Part shown: one piece after another, positions 1-9,944 of the stretch
Position numbering within the stretch: position 1 is the first letter of the stretch
How the letters are laid out: every line of letters begins with the position of its first letter
Assembly: GCA_041576165.1 (NCBI GenBank)
Contig: JBFGLM010000005.1
Location: 1-64,000 of the forward strand
Length of the DNA: 64,000 bases
Source of the DNA: Acidimicrobiia bacterium
Lineage (GTDB): Bacteria; Actinomycetota; Acidimicrobiia; Spongiisociales; Spongiisociaceae
Direction of reading: 5' to 3'
Notes under the pieces: generated by a model
Seen by the model: only the letters and a program-made list of their open reading frames with translations
Told to the model about the DNA's origin: nothing
Databases searched by the model: none
Translations under genes and position numbers: made by a program

Positions 1-1
1 A

Positions 2-1048
2 GTGGAGGCCACGTACCGTGACATCGAGGAGCAGCTCGCGGCTCGAGACGCGACCTCTGACCCCTCCGCTTTCGCGGACTTGAATCGCCGCTATGCCGAG
101 CTGCGGCCGGTAGTGCACGATCTCACGGCGCTCCGGGCCGCAATCAGCGACGCGGAGGAGGCCGCCGAACTGGCCGCTGAGGAAGCGGACCCGGACATGG
201 CCGCCCAGCTGCGCCAGCTCGCCGACGAGCGGCGGGCCGACGTCGAACGGCTGGAGGAGTCACTCCGGGTCGCGCTGGTGCCGAAGGACCCTGACGACCG
301 CAAGGACGTCATAATCGAGGTGCGAGCTGCGGCCGGCGGTGATGAGGCCGCGATCTGGGCAGGCGACCTGCATCGAATGTACGACCTGTACGCCGAACGG
401 ACTGGCTTCATGTCTGAAACGATGGACACCTCCCCATCCGAGGCCGGGGGATTCTCCAAGGTGACCTTTGCGATCAAAGGCGAGGGCGCGTACAGCAAGT
501 TCAAGTACGAGGCCGGGGTGCACCGAGTGCAGCGGGTTCCGAAGACCGAGTCGCAGGGAAGGGTTCACACCTCAACGGCGACCGTGGCCGTCATGCCCGA
601 GGCAGAGGACGTGGAAGTGCAGCTGGACCCCAATGACGTGAAAGTCGACGTTTTTCGTTCCAGCGGCCCGGGCGGGCAGTCGGTCAACACCACCGATTCG
701 GCCGTCCGTCTCACTCACCTGCCTACCGGACTGGTGGTCACGTGCCAGGATGAGAAATCGCAGCTCCAGAACAAGGAGAAGGCGTTCCGGGTCTTACGGG
801 CCAGGCTCTACCAAGACCAGCTCGCCGCCCAGCAGCAGGCCGTCGCCGATTCCAGGCGATCTCAGATCGGGCGGGGCGATCGCTCGGAGAAGATTCGGAC
901 ATACAATTACAAGGAGAATCGGGTAACCGACCATCGGATCGGCCTCACGATCAACCGGCTGCCGGATGTTCTGAACGGTGATCTCGACGATTTCGTGGAG
1001 GCGCTGACGGCCGATGAGATGGCTCGGCGGCTCGCCGAAGGTGGCTGA
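2..1048 (+). CDS. prfA: Peptide chain release factor 1 (5' end probably just outside the window)
   Basis: GGQ motif ([17 protein letters not shown]), RF1-specific PxT tripeptide (VPKTE), [20 protein letters not shown]; prmC lies downstream. Confidence 0.97.
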   Translation: MEATYRDIEEQLAARDATSDPSAFADLNRRYAELRPVVHDLTALRAAISDAEEAAELAAEEADPDMAAQLRQLADERRADVERLEESLRVALVPKDPDDRKDVIIEVRAAAGGDEAAIWAGDLHRMYDLYAERTGFMSETMDTSPSEAGGFSKVTFAIKGEGAYSKFKYEAGVHRVQRVPKTESQGRVHTSTATVAVMPEAEDVEVQLDPNDVKVDVFRSSGPGGQSVNTTDSAVRLTHLPTGLVVTCQDEKSQLQNKEKAFRVLRARLYQDQLAAQQQAVADSRRSQIGRGDRSEKIRTYNYKENRVTDHRIGLTINRLPDVLNGDLDDFVEALTADEMARRLAEGG

Positions 1049-1308
1049 TGCTGATCTACGTTCGTTTCCAGCGTGACTCCGTGGCAGAACCGGCAGCGAT
1101 CGAAGAAGCCGCGCTCGGCGCGATTGGGCGGGCGGGAACTGTGCTCGGGGCATCGGATGAATCGGTAGACCTCGAGATCGAAGACGACGCGGACGTGCGG
1201 GCGTTGCTCGCAGTGCTGGCGGCGGCATTGCGCCGGGTCGGACTTACCCCGGCGACGTTGCTCGAGCTACCCGAATCGGGTCAGCGCTTCTCCATCTATG
1301 ACTTCTGA
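1048..1308 (+). CDS. Hypothetical protein, 86 aa
   Basis: TGATG overlaps with prfA and with the next ORF; plausible codon usage. Confidence 0.7.
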   Translation: MLIYVRFQRDSVAEPAAIEEAALGAIGRAGTVLGASDESVDLEIEDDADVRALLAVLAAALRRVGLTPATLLELPESGQRFSIYDF

Positions 1309-1706
1309 TGCGGTTGCTCGACCTGCGCCGGCTCCGGACTCGCCTGATCGTGTTCGGTTTGCTGTCGGTCGGGTTCATGGCGTTCCTGTTTGCTGCCGAG
1401 CAGATAGCTCCGACTCGCACAGAGCCCACAGTGTGGGTTCTGGTGGCAGGCATCCTCGGCGGTGCTGCGCTCGGGTCGCTCCTCCGGTGGCGAAGTGCCG
1501 CGCGTGACGCCGACCAAATCGACTGGCAACCCGCCCTGTTGCTCCGGGTGCTGGCCGGCGGCCTTTCGTTTCAGGCCGGGCTGATTGGCTATTTCGTCAG
1601 CGGCGATCTGCCGGCGGCCGTGCTGGGGTGTGTGCTCTTCCTGGCAGTGATCGTTGTCGCAGCACTGCTGTTGCCCACACTCACGTTCGCGGAAAGCGAT
1701 GCCTGA
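1308..1706 (+). CDS. Hypothetical membrane protein (~4 TM helices)
   Basis: Four hydrophobic segments; TGATG-coupled to the upstream ORF; overlaps the prmC start. Confidence 0.75.
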   Translation: MRLLDLRRLRTRLIVFGLLSVGFMAFLFAAEQIAPTRTEPTVWVLVAGILGGAALGSLLRWRSAARDADQIDWQPALLLRVLAGGLSFQAGLIGYFVSGDLPAAVLGCVLFLAVIVVAALLLPTLTFAESDA

Positions 1707-3063
1707 CAGTCGCCGTGTGGTCGCGGCCTGCGGTATTCCCGAGCATGAGGCCGTCCGCCTCGTATCCGCCGTGGTGGGGACGCCGATGCTCGCCGTCCGG
1801 GCCGGTGTGGAGGTGACGGACGCTGCCGCATCCACCGTTTTGGAGCTGGCGGCCCGGCGCCGGGCGGGCGAGCCGCTGCAGTACCTCGAAGGAACGGCTC
1901 CCTTTGGTCCGATCGAGGTGGTGGTCGACCGCCGGGTGCTCATCCCCCGACCGGAAACCGAGCTTCTGTATGACAAGGCATTGGCCGGCTTGCGTGGCGG
2001 CGAAACCGTGGTGGACCTCGGCACCGGTAGCGGGGCGCTGGCTCTCGCCCTCAAACATGAGGCGCCCGATATCACGATGATCGCCACCGACCTCTCGGAT
2101 GAGGCGTTGGAGGTTGCGGCTGCCAACGCCGCCCGGTTGGGCCTGGTGATCGAGCTACGCAAGGGTTCGTTGTACGAGGCGCTGGATCCGGCCCTGGCCG
2201 GCACCATCGACGTGATCGTCTCCAACCCACCGTACGTCGCACCGGACGAGTGGGAAGAGCTGGCCGAGGAGGTGCGGCTCCACGAACCGCGCGCTGCTCT
2301 GCTGGCCGCCGACGGCGGGTTGGCGGTGATCCGGTCGATCATTGCCGAAGCCTGTGACTGGCTGGCCCCGGGCGGCCGCCTCTATATGGAGATCGGGGCA
2401 ACGCATGCTGACGCAGTGCTGGAAATGCTCCCGGCCGGCCTGGCCGGCGCCGTGGATCGGGACCTGGCCGGGCGACCCCGGTATCTGATTGCCGAATACG
2501 TGCCCGACGACGTCTACGACGGTATTCGGGCGCTCCAGCACGGGAAGGTGGTGGGGATGCCGACTGACACCGTGTACGGGCTGGCGGCGGACGCCACCAA
2601 TCCAGAGGCGGTGCGGCGGCTGTACGAGCTGAAGGGGCGGGCGCCCGACAAGGCGATCCCGGTGCTGGTGGCGTCGCTCGACCAGGCGCTGCGTTTGGGC
2701 GATTTCTCCGACGCCGCCCGCGTGGCCGCCCAGCACTGGCCCGGGCCGCTGACGCTGGTCGTGCCGATGCGTCCGGGGCTCCCACCCGAGATCGGTGACC
2801 ACCAGTCGGGCACGATCGGCTTGCGGGTGCCCGATCACCCGATCGCGCTCCGGCTGCTGGCGGCGGTTGGGCCGCTGGCCGTGACCAGCGCCAACCTGTC
2901 CGGGGACGAACCGGTGCCCGACGCTCGCTCTGCGCGCGCACTGTTCGGCCCAGCCGTCGCCGTGTACGTGGCGGGCAAGAGTGGCGGCGGGTTGTCCTCG
3001 ACGGTGCTGGACGTGTCGGGTTCCCAGCCCCACGTCCTCCGCCGCGGTCCGGTCGACCTCTAG
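1699..3063 (+). CDS. prmC-tsaC: Fusion of PrmC/HemK release-factor N5-glutamine methyltransferase and TsaC/Sua5 threonylcarbamoyl-AMP synthase
   Basis: N-half has GEPLQYLEG, VLIPRPETE, DLGTGSG, SNPPYV; C-half has GMPTDTVYGL, LKGR, HWPGPLT, GLRVPDHP, TSANLSG; one uninterrupted frame, ATG at 1699. Confidence 0.92.
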   Translation: MPDSRRVVAACGIPEHEAVRLVSAVVGTPMLAVRAGVEVTDAAASTVLELAARRRAGEPLQYLEGTAPFGPIEVVVDRRVLIPRPETELLYDKALAGLRGGETVVDLGTGSGALALALKHEAPDITMIATDLSDEALEVAAANAARLGLVIELRKGSLYEALDPALAGTIDVIVSNPPYVAPDEWEELAEEVRLHEPRAALLAADGGLAVIRSIIAEACDWLAPGGRLYMEIGATHADAVLEMLPAGLAGAVDRDLAGRPRYLIAEYVPDDVYDGIRALQHGKVVGMPTDTVYGLAADATNPEAVRRLYELKGRAPDKAIPVLVASLDQALRLGDFSDAARVAAQHWPGPLTLVVPMRPGLPPEIGDHQSGTIGLRVPDHPIALRLLAAVGPLAVTSANLSGDEPVPDARSARALFGPAVAVYVAGKSGGGLSSTVLDVSGSQPHVLRRGPVDL

Positions 3064-3125
3064 AACGCGAAGACCACTCTGGGTGGTCAAGTTTGCTCGC
3101 GGTGGCGGCCGATACCTATTGAGAC

Positions 3126-3449
3126 ATGACGAACGTGCGACACATAGTGGGGATGCTCGTGCTGGTCCTGGCGGCTTGCGGAGCCTCCGGCCCGCCCGAA
3201 GATGCCGTAGAGCTACCGGCGCTCGAGGGCCCGGACCAGGTACTGGTCGGCTTCGAGGCCCAGTGGCTCTGTGACGTACAACGCCACACCTTCCCGGATC
3301 TCGCGCAAATGGATGCGACTCGATCCGAGCTGATGACGTCGTTCGGCGTGACAGCAGCCGCCTATGACGATTTCAAGGTCCGCCTTGGGGCAGACGCGGG
3401 CCTGCGGAACCAGGTGCGAGCGGCGTACGACTCGGCCTGTGGATCCTGA
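3126..3449 (+). CDS. Small lipoprotein
   Basis: Signal peptide with lipobox LAAC; two further Cys. Confidence 0.8.
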   Translation: MTNVRHIVGMLVLVLAACGASGPPEDAVELPALEGPDQVLVGFEAQWLCDVQRHTFPDLAQMDATRSELMTSFGVTAAAYDDFKVRLGADAGLRNQVRAAYDSACGS

Positions 3450-3461
3450 CGGGAGGCAACC

Positions 3462-4226
3462 ATGCGAGTGAAACGAATCTGGCCGGCGGCATTGCTGGCC
3501 GCGGCTCTCCTGATCCCGGCGCCGGCGGCGAGCGCCAAGGGAGCCAACCTCGACCTTCTCAAGAGCGAGGTTGCCACCATTATCAAGGGTACGGGCGCCT
3601 GGGTAGCCCTGTCGTGGACGGCCACCGGCGGCGATGTGGCAGATGTCACCATGACCGTCGAGTCCCGCACGGACGGCGTCGCGGTCACCTACCCTCAAAA
3701 TACGGCTGATCACACCTCGTTTTGGGACAACGATTCGCTGGTCGACGGCGAGATCGACTACACGGCTTTCTACCTGGATGTGCCGGAGGCGACATCCGGG
3801 CAAGAAGCCAAGATACGGATCCACGTCCAGATGACCGTCGACGGAAAACGTGAGAAGGACAAGTTCGACGTGAAGGTTCCGATCGTCGCGCACACCGGGG
3901 CAGACTTGGAGCAAGTGACGAACAACGTCGGCAGCATCGCTGCCGGACAAACCCGATGGGTAGAGGTGGCCTTCACCGGTATGGCCCCATCCACCCAGAA
4001 TGTTTCGGCGGTCGTGTCGGCCCCGGGCCTGGCCATCATCTACCCGGCCGAGGGCGCCAGCACCAGCCTCCATCACGACGCGGAGCTCAGCTACGGCGAG
4101 ACCGACGTCGTCCGGTTCCTCGTCGATGCCGCAGCGGCCAATCCTGGTATATATGAGGTCGGGCTCGACACCACCTATGACGGCGGCAGTCTGGCGGGAG
4201 TGGTGACCCTGGAGGTCACCGGCTGA
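3462..4226 (+). CDS. Secreted protein with two tandem Ig-like beta-sandwich repeats
   Basis: GGAGG RBS; Sec signal (…PAASA); internal repeat W-V-x-x-x-W/F-T … Y-P … TS … L-x-x-G-E-x-D-x-x-x-F-x-L/V-D occurs twice. Confidence 0.82.
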   Translation: MRVKRIWPAALLAAALLIPAPAASAKGANLDLLKSEVATIIKGTGAWVALSWTATGGDVADVTMTVESRTDGVAVTYPQNTADHTSFWDNDSLVDGEIDYTAFYLDVPEATSGQEAKIRIHVQMTVDGKREKDKFDVKVPIVAHTGADLEQVTNNVGSIAAGQTRWVEVAFTGMAPSTQNVSAVVSAPGLAIIYPAEGASTSLHHDAELSYGETDVVRFLVDAAAANPGIYEVGLDTTYDGGSLAGVVTLEVTG

Positions 4227-4251
4227 CGGGCTGGGAGACGAACCCAGCTCG
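4227..4251 (+). terminator. Putative terminator hairpin
   Basis: cgggctggg / cccagctcg stem directly after the stop codon. Confidence 0.45.
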
Positions 4252-4310
4252 GAGCGAACGCCGGAACCACCGCTCCGGCGTTCTGCCGTTGCTACGTAGG
4301 ATGCGCCTCG

Positions 4311-5918
4311 ATGAGGCCGCTGTTCCGACCAGACCCGACTCACACGTATGAGTCACTGTGCCGGGCCTTCGACTGGACCATTCCCAGTCGTTTGAACATT
4401 GGTCGGATGTGCACGGATGACCACCCGCCCGAGCGGCCTGCGGTCATCACCGTTGGGACTGATGATTCGGTGGTGACGACGTCCTTCGGTGAGCTAGCCG
4501 GACTGACGAACCGCTTCGCCAACCTGCTGACCGGGCTGGGTTTGGAGCAGGGAGACCGTGTCGGGATTGTGGTTCCGCAGTCGCTGCCGGTCCTGATCGC
4601 TCATCTCGGTGCTCACAAGGCGGGCATGGTGGCGCTGCCGCTAGCCGCCCTTTTCGGTCCAGATGCGCTGCGCTACCGGCTGGAACACAGCGAGGCACGA
4701 GCGGTGGTGACCACGCCGGATTGCCTGGCGGCCGTAACCGAGGCGAGCTCGGGAATCGACCTGCATGTCATTGTGACCGGGCCAAACCCGCCAGCGCGGC
4801 CCCTCATCGGTCTCGACGCTGCGCTCATGGCTGCCTCCGACCGGTTTGAGGTGGTTGATACTCCGGCGGAGCAGCCGGCCACCCTGATCTACACTTCCGG
4901 GACGACCGGTCCTCCCAAGGGCGCCCTGCATGCCCACCGGTTCCTGATCGGGCACTTGCCGTCATTTGAGCTCTATTACCACTTCTTCCCCCAACCGGCC
5001 GACGTCATCTGGACCCCGGCGGATTGGGCCTGGATCGGGGCGCTGATGGATGTCGTCATTCCGTCGCTCGCCTACGGCCGGCCGGTGGTGACCTCGGCGC
5101 AGCCGCGGTTTGATCCCGACTACGCCGGGCATCTGCTGGCCGAGCAGCGCATCACGTGCGCGTTCATTCCGCCCACCGCCCTCAAGATGATGCGCGCGGC
5201 CGGCGTGGCGCGGGATGACCTGGCGCTGCGCGCCATATTCACCGGTGGCGAAGCGCTGGGGGAGGAGGCTCTGAAATGGGCGTCGGAGTCCCTCAGAACG
5301 ACGATCAACGAGGGCTACGGCCAGACCGAAGCCAACATATTCGTGGGCAACTGTGCAGAAGTATGGCCAATCAGACCGGGGTCGATGGGGCGCGCCATGC
5401 CCGGCCACGACGTAGTCGTCCTGAACGACGATGCGCAACCGGTGGTCGGGGAAGTCGGCGAGGTCGCGCTTGCGGCGTCGGATCCGGTCGTGATGCTCGA
5501 GTATTGGAAGAGCCCGGAGGCCACCTCGGAGAAGTTCCGTGAGAAGTGGTTGTTGACCGGCGATCTTGCTACTCAGGACGAGGATGGGTACCTGTGGTTT
5601 GAGTCGCGCAAGGACGACGTGATCATCTCGATGGGCTATCGCATCGGACCAGGGGAGATCGAGGAGTCGTTGCTCGGCCATCCCGCCGTCGGGCTGGCTG
5701 CAGCGGTTGGAATACCTGACGACATACGGGGCGAGAAGGTCAAGGCGTTCGTCGTGCTCAACGACGGTTTCGAACCGGCGCCGGAGCTGGCGACCGAGTT
5801 GCAGAACCATGTCCGGACCCGGCTGGCCGCCCACGAAGTCCCTCGCGAAATCGAGTTTCGGGCTGAATTGCCCATGACCACAACGGGCAAGATCATGCGC
5901 CGCGCTCTGCGAAACTGA
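4311..5918 (+). CDS. AMP-dependent acyl-CoA synthetase (acetate/medium-chain type)
   Basis: IYTSGTTGPPKG, EGYGQTE, TGD, GYRIGPGEIE, TTTGKIMR. Confidence 0.93.
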   Translation: MRPLFRPDPTHTYESLCRAFDWTIPSRLNIGRMCTDDHPPERPAVITVGTDDSVVTTSFGELAGLTNRFANLLTGLGLEQGDRVGIVVPQSLPVLIAHLGAHKAGMVALPLAALFGPDALRYRLEHSEARAVVTTPDCLAAVTEASSGIDLHVIVTGPNPPARPLIGLDAALMAASDRFEVVDTPAEQPATLIYTSGTTGPPKGALHAHRFLIGHLPSFELYYHFFPQPADVIWTPADWAWIGALMDVVIPSLAYGRPVVTSAQPRFDPDYAGHLLAEQRITCAFIPPTALKMMRAAGVARDDLALRAIFTGGEALGEEALKWASESLRTTINEGYGQTEANIFVGNCAEVWPIRPGSMGRAMPGHDVVVLNDDAQPVVGEVGEVALAASDPVVMLEYWKSPEATSEKFREKWLLTGDLATQDEDGYLWFESRKDDVIISMGYRIGPGEIEESLLGHPAVGLAAAVGIPDDIRGEKVKAFVVLNDGFEPAPELATELQNHVRTRLAAHEVPREIEFRAELPMTTTGKIMRRALRN

Positions 5919-5947
5919 TAGATCGGGCGACAGTGAGAGGATACGCC

Positions 5948-6409
5948 ATGACCGTTCATGGAATGCACCGTCAGGCCTGGGTAGACATTCAGGCCGACCC
6001 GGCGGAGCTGTATGACCTGGTGGCTGATCTGCCGCGCATGGGGGAGTGGAGCCCGGAGAATGTCGGCGGCGAGTGGCAAGGCGAGCCCCGGGGTGGTCCG
6101 GGTGATCGCTTTATGGGGCACAATCGCATCGGTGATCGGGAGTGGTCGGTGTTGTGCGAGGTCACGGTCGCCAACCCGCCCAAGATGTTCGAATGGGTGA
6201 CCCGTCCAGACATCGGCCCGTGCGTCCGCTGGACATACACGTTCGAGCCGATTGAATACGGGACCCGGGTCACCGAGACCTGGGATGTCATGCAGTTGCC
6301 ACCATCGCTCGTCGGTCGCACCCAGGAGCAGCTCGATCAACGGTCGGAGACGGTCGAGCGAGCGATGATCACCACCTTGCACAGCCTGAAGGCATATCTG
6401 GAGGGCTAG
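5948..6409 (+). CDS. SRPBCC/polyketide cyclase-dehydrase family protein
   Basis: YDLVADLPRMGEWSPE, WTYTFEP…GTRVTETW, C-terminal helix LKAYLE. Confidence 0.88.
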   Translation: MTVHGMHRQAWVDIQADPAELYDLVADLPRMGEWSPENVGGEWQGEPRGGPGDRFMGHNRIGDREWSVLCEVTVANPPKMFEWVTRPDIGPCVRWTYTFEPIEYGTRVTETWDVMQLPPSLVGRTQEQLDQRSETVERAMITTLHSLKAYLEG

Positions 6410-6442
6410 TGCCAGCGGCCCGACCGGGCCGCGTCCGCTCTA

Positions 6443-7741
6443 TCAGGCGAAGGGCTCGATCACCACACCAGCCAGTGTGAAAGCCGGTTCGGGTGCCGCC
6501 GCCCGGACCGCTGCCGCCTGGACGGGCTGGTCGAGCAACGGCGCAGTGGTGACCTCGCCGGAAGCGATGTCCACCGAGGCGATCGACAGCTGCCAAGGCC
6601 CGTCGCACCCATCGGTCGACCCGGCTATCGCGATTCGCGCCTCACCGCGTGCTGCCGGGAGGAAACCCACCGGGCGTCCGGGAGTAGAGCTCAGCGGAAT
6701 GACAGTCGGGTCGGCCGTTTCGGTCCACGTCGACAGCATCGGGTAGCGGGCACCGCATGCACCCTCCGAAAACGCCACCCGGAAAGGATCGGCGGGGTCG
6801 AGCGTCATGTCGGCGACGTCGGTCGCGCCGACGAGGTCGACGCCGCTGTCCTCGGAGCGCGTGGCGACTGCAAAAGCTCCACCCTCGATCTCGAAAGGCT
6901 CCAGGGAGACCGAATGGATGTGACTCTGGCCGTCGTGGTGGGCCTGGAAGAACAGCCATGCGGCATCGGCGGAGAACTGGATTTCGTCGATCAGCACGTC
7001 AACTCCTGAAGCCAGCAGCTGGGGATCGGTCCCGTCGTTGCGCGATATCCACAGGCCGTACGTGTCGTCCCTCTGGCCGGAGACGGCGAACGTGAAACCG
7101 TCCGGGTGATACGCAACGGCATCGTGGGTCTGCAATGGCGACAGCGGCGATGTGGTCGTCGCGTCGGTCGCCGCTTTCGTCAGGCCGCCCTCGGTGTTCC
7201 GGTAGAGCAGGGACCGTCCGGTGGGACGTGTCCACTCGGGCACTCCAACCAAACCGGGCAGCGGACCCCGCACCGCCCCTTCGGGTCCGATGACTCGCCC
7301 CCCGGCGATGGCGACGCGGTCGACTGTGGGTGCCCATACCAGCGAGGTGGAGTTGGGGACGGGCGACAGGCACGTCACGGCTGCCGCGTCGCTGATTGCG
7401 AACAGGTGACCATCCGCAAGGAAGGTCAGCTGCGGGGCCGACTGCACCTCATCCATCCCGCCACACCCTGCACGAACCGCCGCCTCGAGGGCCGAGAGGG
7501 GGGCGCTAGTGGTCGTGGTGAGGGCGGTCGTGGTCGTCGCCGCCGTGTTCGATGGCGGAGGCGGCGCGGTCGTCTCGGAAGACGCTGCGGTAGCCGTCAC
7601 CTCCGACGTGATCACGCCGGCCGAGCTCGTGGTCGATCCGTCCGGAGGCTGCGCCGGCTGGCTTGCGCCGCACGCAACTGCGATCATCGAAAGCGCCAAA
7701 CCGACCGTGAGCGCTGTACGAAGTCGTTTCAGGACTTGCAT
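6443..7741 (-). CDS. Lipoprotein with Thr/Ser/Pro-rich linker and TolB-like beta-propeller
   Basis: Lipobox AVAC; TTTT-rich linker; repeats WAPT, WTRPTG, YHPDG, FSADA. Confidence 0.78.
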   Translation of the reverse strand: MQVLKRLRTALTVGLALSMIAVACGASQPAQPPDGSTTSSAGVITSEVTATAASSETTAPPPPSNTAATTTTALTTTTSAPLSALEAAVRAGCGGMDEVQSAPQLTFLADGHLFAISDAAAVTCLSPVPNSTSLVWAPTVDRVAIAGGRVIGPEGAVRGPLPGLVGVPEWTRPTGRSLLYRNTEGGLTKAATDATTTSPLSPLQTHDAVAYHPDGFTFAVSGQRDDTYGLWISRNDGTDPQLLASGVDVLIDEIQFSADAAWLFFQAHHDGQSHIHSVSLEPFEIEGGAFAVATRSEDSGVDLVGATDVADMTLDPADPFRVAFSEGACGARYPMLSTWTETADPTVIPLSSTPGRPVGFLPAARGEARIAIAGSTDGCDGPWQLSIASVDIASGEVTTAPLLDQPVQAAAVRAAAPEPAFTLAGVVIEPFA

Positions 7742-7822
7742 ATCCGCGCCGATTATCGACGATATGGGTGTCGAGCCGAAGGGGAAGGCTGTCACCTGAC
7801 CCGCCAATAGACCAGGATCGTG

Positions 7823-9901
7823 ATGGGACACACGCAAACCGCCTTGCGACGCGGGAGCCAGATCCGCTTGTTCACAGCAAGTGTGTTGGCGTTGTTCGTC
7901 GAACTCGTGTTGATTCGCTGGATACCCAGCGTGGTACACGTCGTGGGCTTCTTCGCCAATGTCGTCCTGATCGCCAGCTTCCTGGGCCTGGGTCTAGGAA
8001 TGATGCGGGCCGGCGAGAATGCCGTTCGCCTGGCCGCGTTCCGGACCGCCGTTTTGGTCGCCCTCCTGTCCGCCTACCGGATTGCCAGCCCGACCGTGGA
8101 GTTGAACGAGGACTCGGCGTTTGGCATCAACGAGATCTTTTTCACCGACAGGTTCGCGCTGCCGTTGCCGTTGATACTCGTCGGCGTCTTCGCACTGGTG
8201 AGCTGGGCGTTGGTGCCCTATGGACGCCTGGTGGCAGAAGTATTCGACGACCTGGAGCGTATTCCGGCCTATACCATCAACATTGGCGGCAGCCTGGTCG
8301 GCGTTGCCTTGTTCACCATCGTATCGGCCGCTGGTCTGCCGAGCGCGGTCTGGTTCGCAGCCCTGTTCGTGGCACTGGCCTGGCATGGCGGCTGGAAGGA
8401 CGCAATCACCGGTGCGGTGGTGGTGGCTGTTGCGCTCGCGGCCATCTATTACGTCGACACGAACCGCCTCTCCGGCGATGTCCTCTGGTCGCCGTACAAC
8501 CAGCTCCGGGTCCGGGCCGCGGGGGGCGACGTCGATGAGGGTTTTCTGATCGATGTCAACAACCAGTTCTTGCTGAGCGGGTTCGACCTCTCGCCGGATG
8601 CCGAGCCGCCACCCGGCGTGGCGGCTGATGTGGCTCGTGACATTGCCGGCCTCTCCACTTACTACGACTTTCCCTTCCAGCTGGTCGATGCAGAGTCGGT
8701 TCTGATCCTCGGGGCCGGAGCGGGGAACGACATCGCTGCCGCCAAACGCGCGGGACTCTCCGACATCACCGCGGTTGAGATCGATCCCCGGGTGGCTCGA
8801 TTCGGGATCGATCACCATCCGGAACAGCCCCACGATGCAACGCGGGTTGTCGTCGATGATGCCCGCTCTTATCTGCGTTCGACAAACGAGACGTATGACT
8901 TGGTTCTCTTCGCAACACTCGACGCACACGGGCTGCTGTCCTCGTCGAGCAGTGTCCGGCTCGATAGCTTCGTGTATACGATCGACTCTCTGCAGGACGC
9001 AGCCCAACTTCTCTCAGCTGACGGAGTCCTGGTCCTGTCCTTCGGCCCATTCCGCGAGGAAGTCCAGCTGCGCCAATACGCAATGGTCGAGCAGGTGTTC
9101 GGCGAACCCCCGGCTTACTTCATCCACGAGAACGATCACAGGGCGCTGGTGGCTGGCGCCGTGGATGAGATCGAAACGCTCCCTCCCGGCTGGTCTCGGA
9201 TCCCCGAGCCGGAAGTGGCGGAAGGGTTCCTGCGCTACCCGGACGCTCGGCGGCCCGCCACCGATGACTGGCCCCACCTCTACATACGATCGCGGACGAT
9301 CCCGGCGGAATACCTCCTCTCACTGGCGGGAATGGCGCTGATCGGTCTGTTCGCGGTGCGGCGGGAGGCGCGCGGCGTGACCCGACGAGAAATCCCGTTC
9401 TTTTTCCTCGGAGCAGCGTTCTTGCTCATGGAGACCAAGTCCGTAACCGAGTTTGCGCTGCTGATTGGGTCCACGTGGCAGACGAACGCACTCGTGTTCA
9501 CGGTCATCCTCGCGATCATCCTGGCCGCCAACCTCTTCGTACTCAAAGGGCCGGCGGTGGACGACCGCGTATGGCTGGGTGTCATCACGCTCGGTCTGAT
9601 CGCCCAGTACACCTGGCCGGTTTCGACCTGGCCCGAATTCGGGCTGGGCAAACTGCTCGCCGCCGGCCTGTACCTGGGAATTCCCATATTCGCCGCCGGC
9701 GTCGTTTTCGCCCGGTGGTTCTCGACGAGCCGGCTGGGATCGGTCGCCCTCGGCGTCAACCTGCTCGGGTCGGTGGTCGGCGGGACGCTGGAGTACGGGT
9801 CATTGCTGATCGGCATTCGAGCGCTGGCACTGGTCGCGCTCGGCATCTACCTGCTGGCCTTCCTGTCACGGGCGCTCGTCAGCCCTGCCGCGGCTAGCTG
9901 A
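7823..9901 (+). CDS. Polytopic membrane protein with central spermidine-synthase-like SAM-binding domain
   Basis: TM blocks at both ends; WSPYNQL, LILGAGAGND, VEIDP, DDARSYL, ATDDWPHLY. Confidence 0.85.
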   Translation: MGHTQTALRRGSQIRLFTASVLALFVELVLIRWIPSVVHVVGFFANVVLIASFLGLGLGMMRAGENAVRLAAFRTAVLVALLSAYRIASPTVELNEDSAFGINEIFFTDRFALPLPLILVGVFALVSWALVPYGRLVAEVFDDLERIPAYTINIGGSLVGVALFTIVSAAGLPSAVWFAALFVALAWHGGWKDAITGAVVVAVALAAIYYVDTNRLSGDVLWSPYNQLRVRAAGGDVDEGFLIDVNNQFLLSGFDLSPDAEPPPGVAADVARDIAGLSTYYDFPFQLVDAESVLILGAGAGNDIAAAKRAGLSDITAVEIDPRVARFGIDHHPEQPHDATRVVVDDARSYLRSTNETYDLVLFATLDAHGLLSSSSSVRLDSFVYTIDSLQDAAQLLSADGVLVLSFGPFREEVQLRQYAMVEQVFGEPPAYFIHENDHRALVAGAVDEIETLPPGWSRIPEPEVAEGFLRYPDARRPATDDWPHLYIRSRTIPAEYLLSLAGMALIGLFAVRREARGVTRREIPFFFLGAAFLLMETKSVTEFALLIGSTWQTNALVFTVILAIILAANLFVLKGPAVDDRVWLGVITLGLIAQYTWPVSTWPEFGLGKLLAAGLYLGIPIFAAGVVFARWFSTSRLGSVALGVNLLGSVVGGTLEYGSLLIGIRALALVALGIYLLAFLSRALVSPAAAS

Positions 9902-9944
9902 CGGCTCCGCACTACCCTCGCGACTCTCGCAACGAGGAGCACAC

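Noticed and set aside
1296-3090. Long antisense ORFs (348 and 311 aa), and similar ones opposite glyA, atp genes, hrpA and the giant genes
   Set aside because: Shadow frames expected in high-GC DNA; Arg/Pro/Gly-rich with no motifs, opposite clearly real genes
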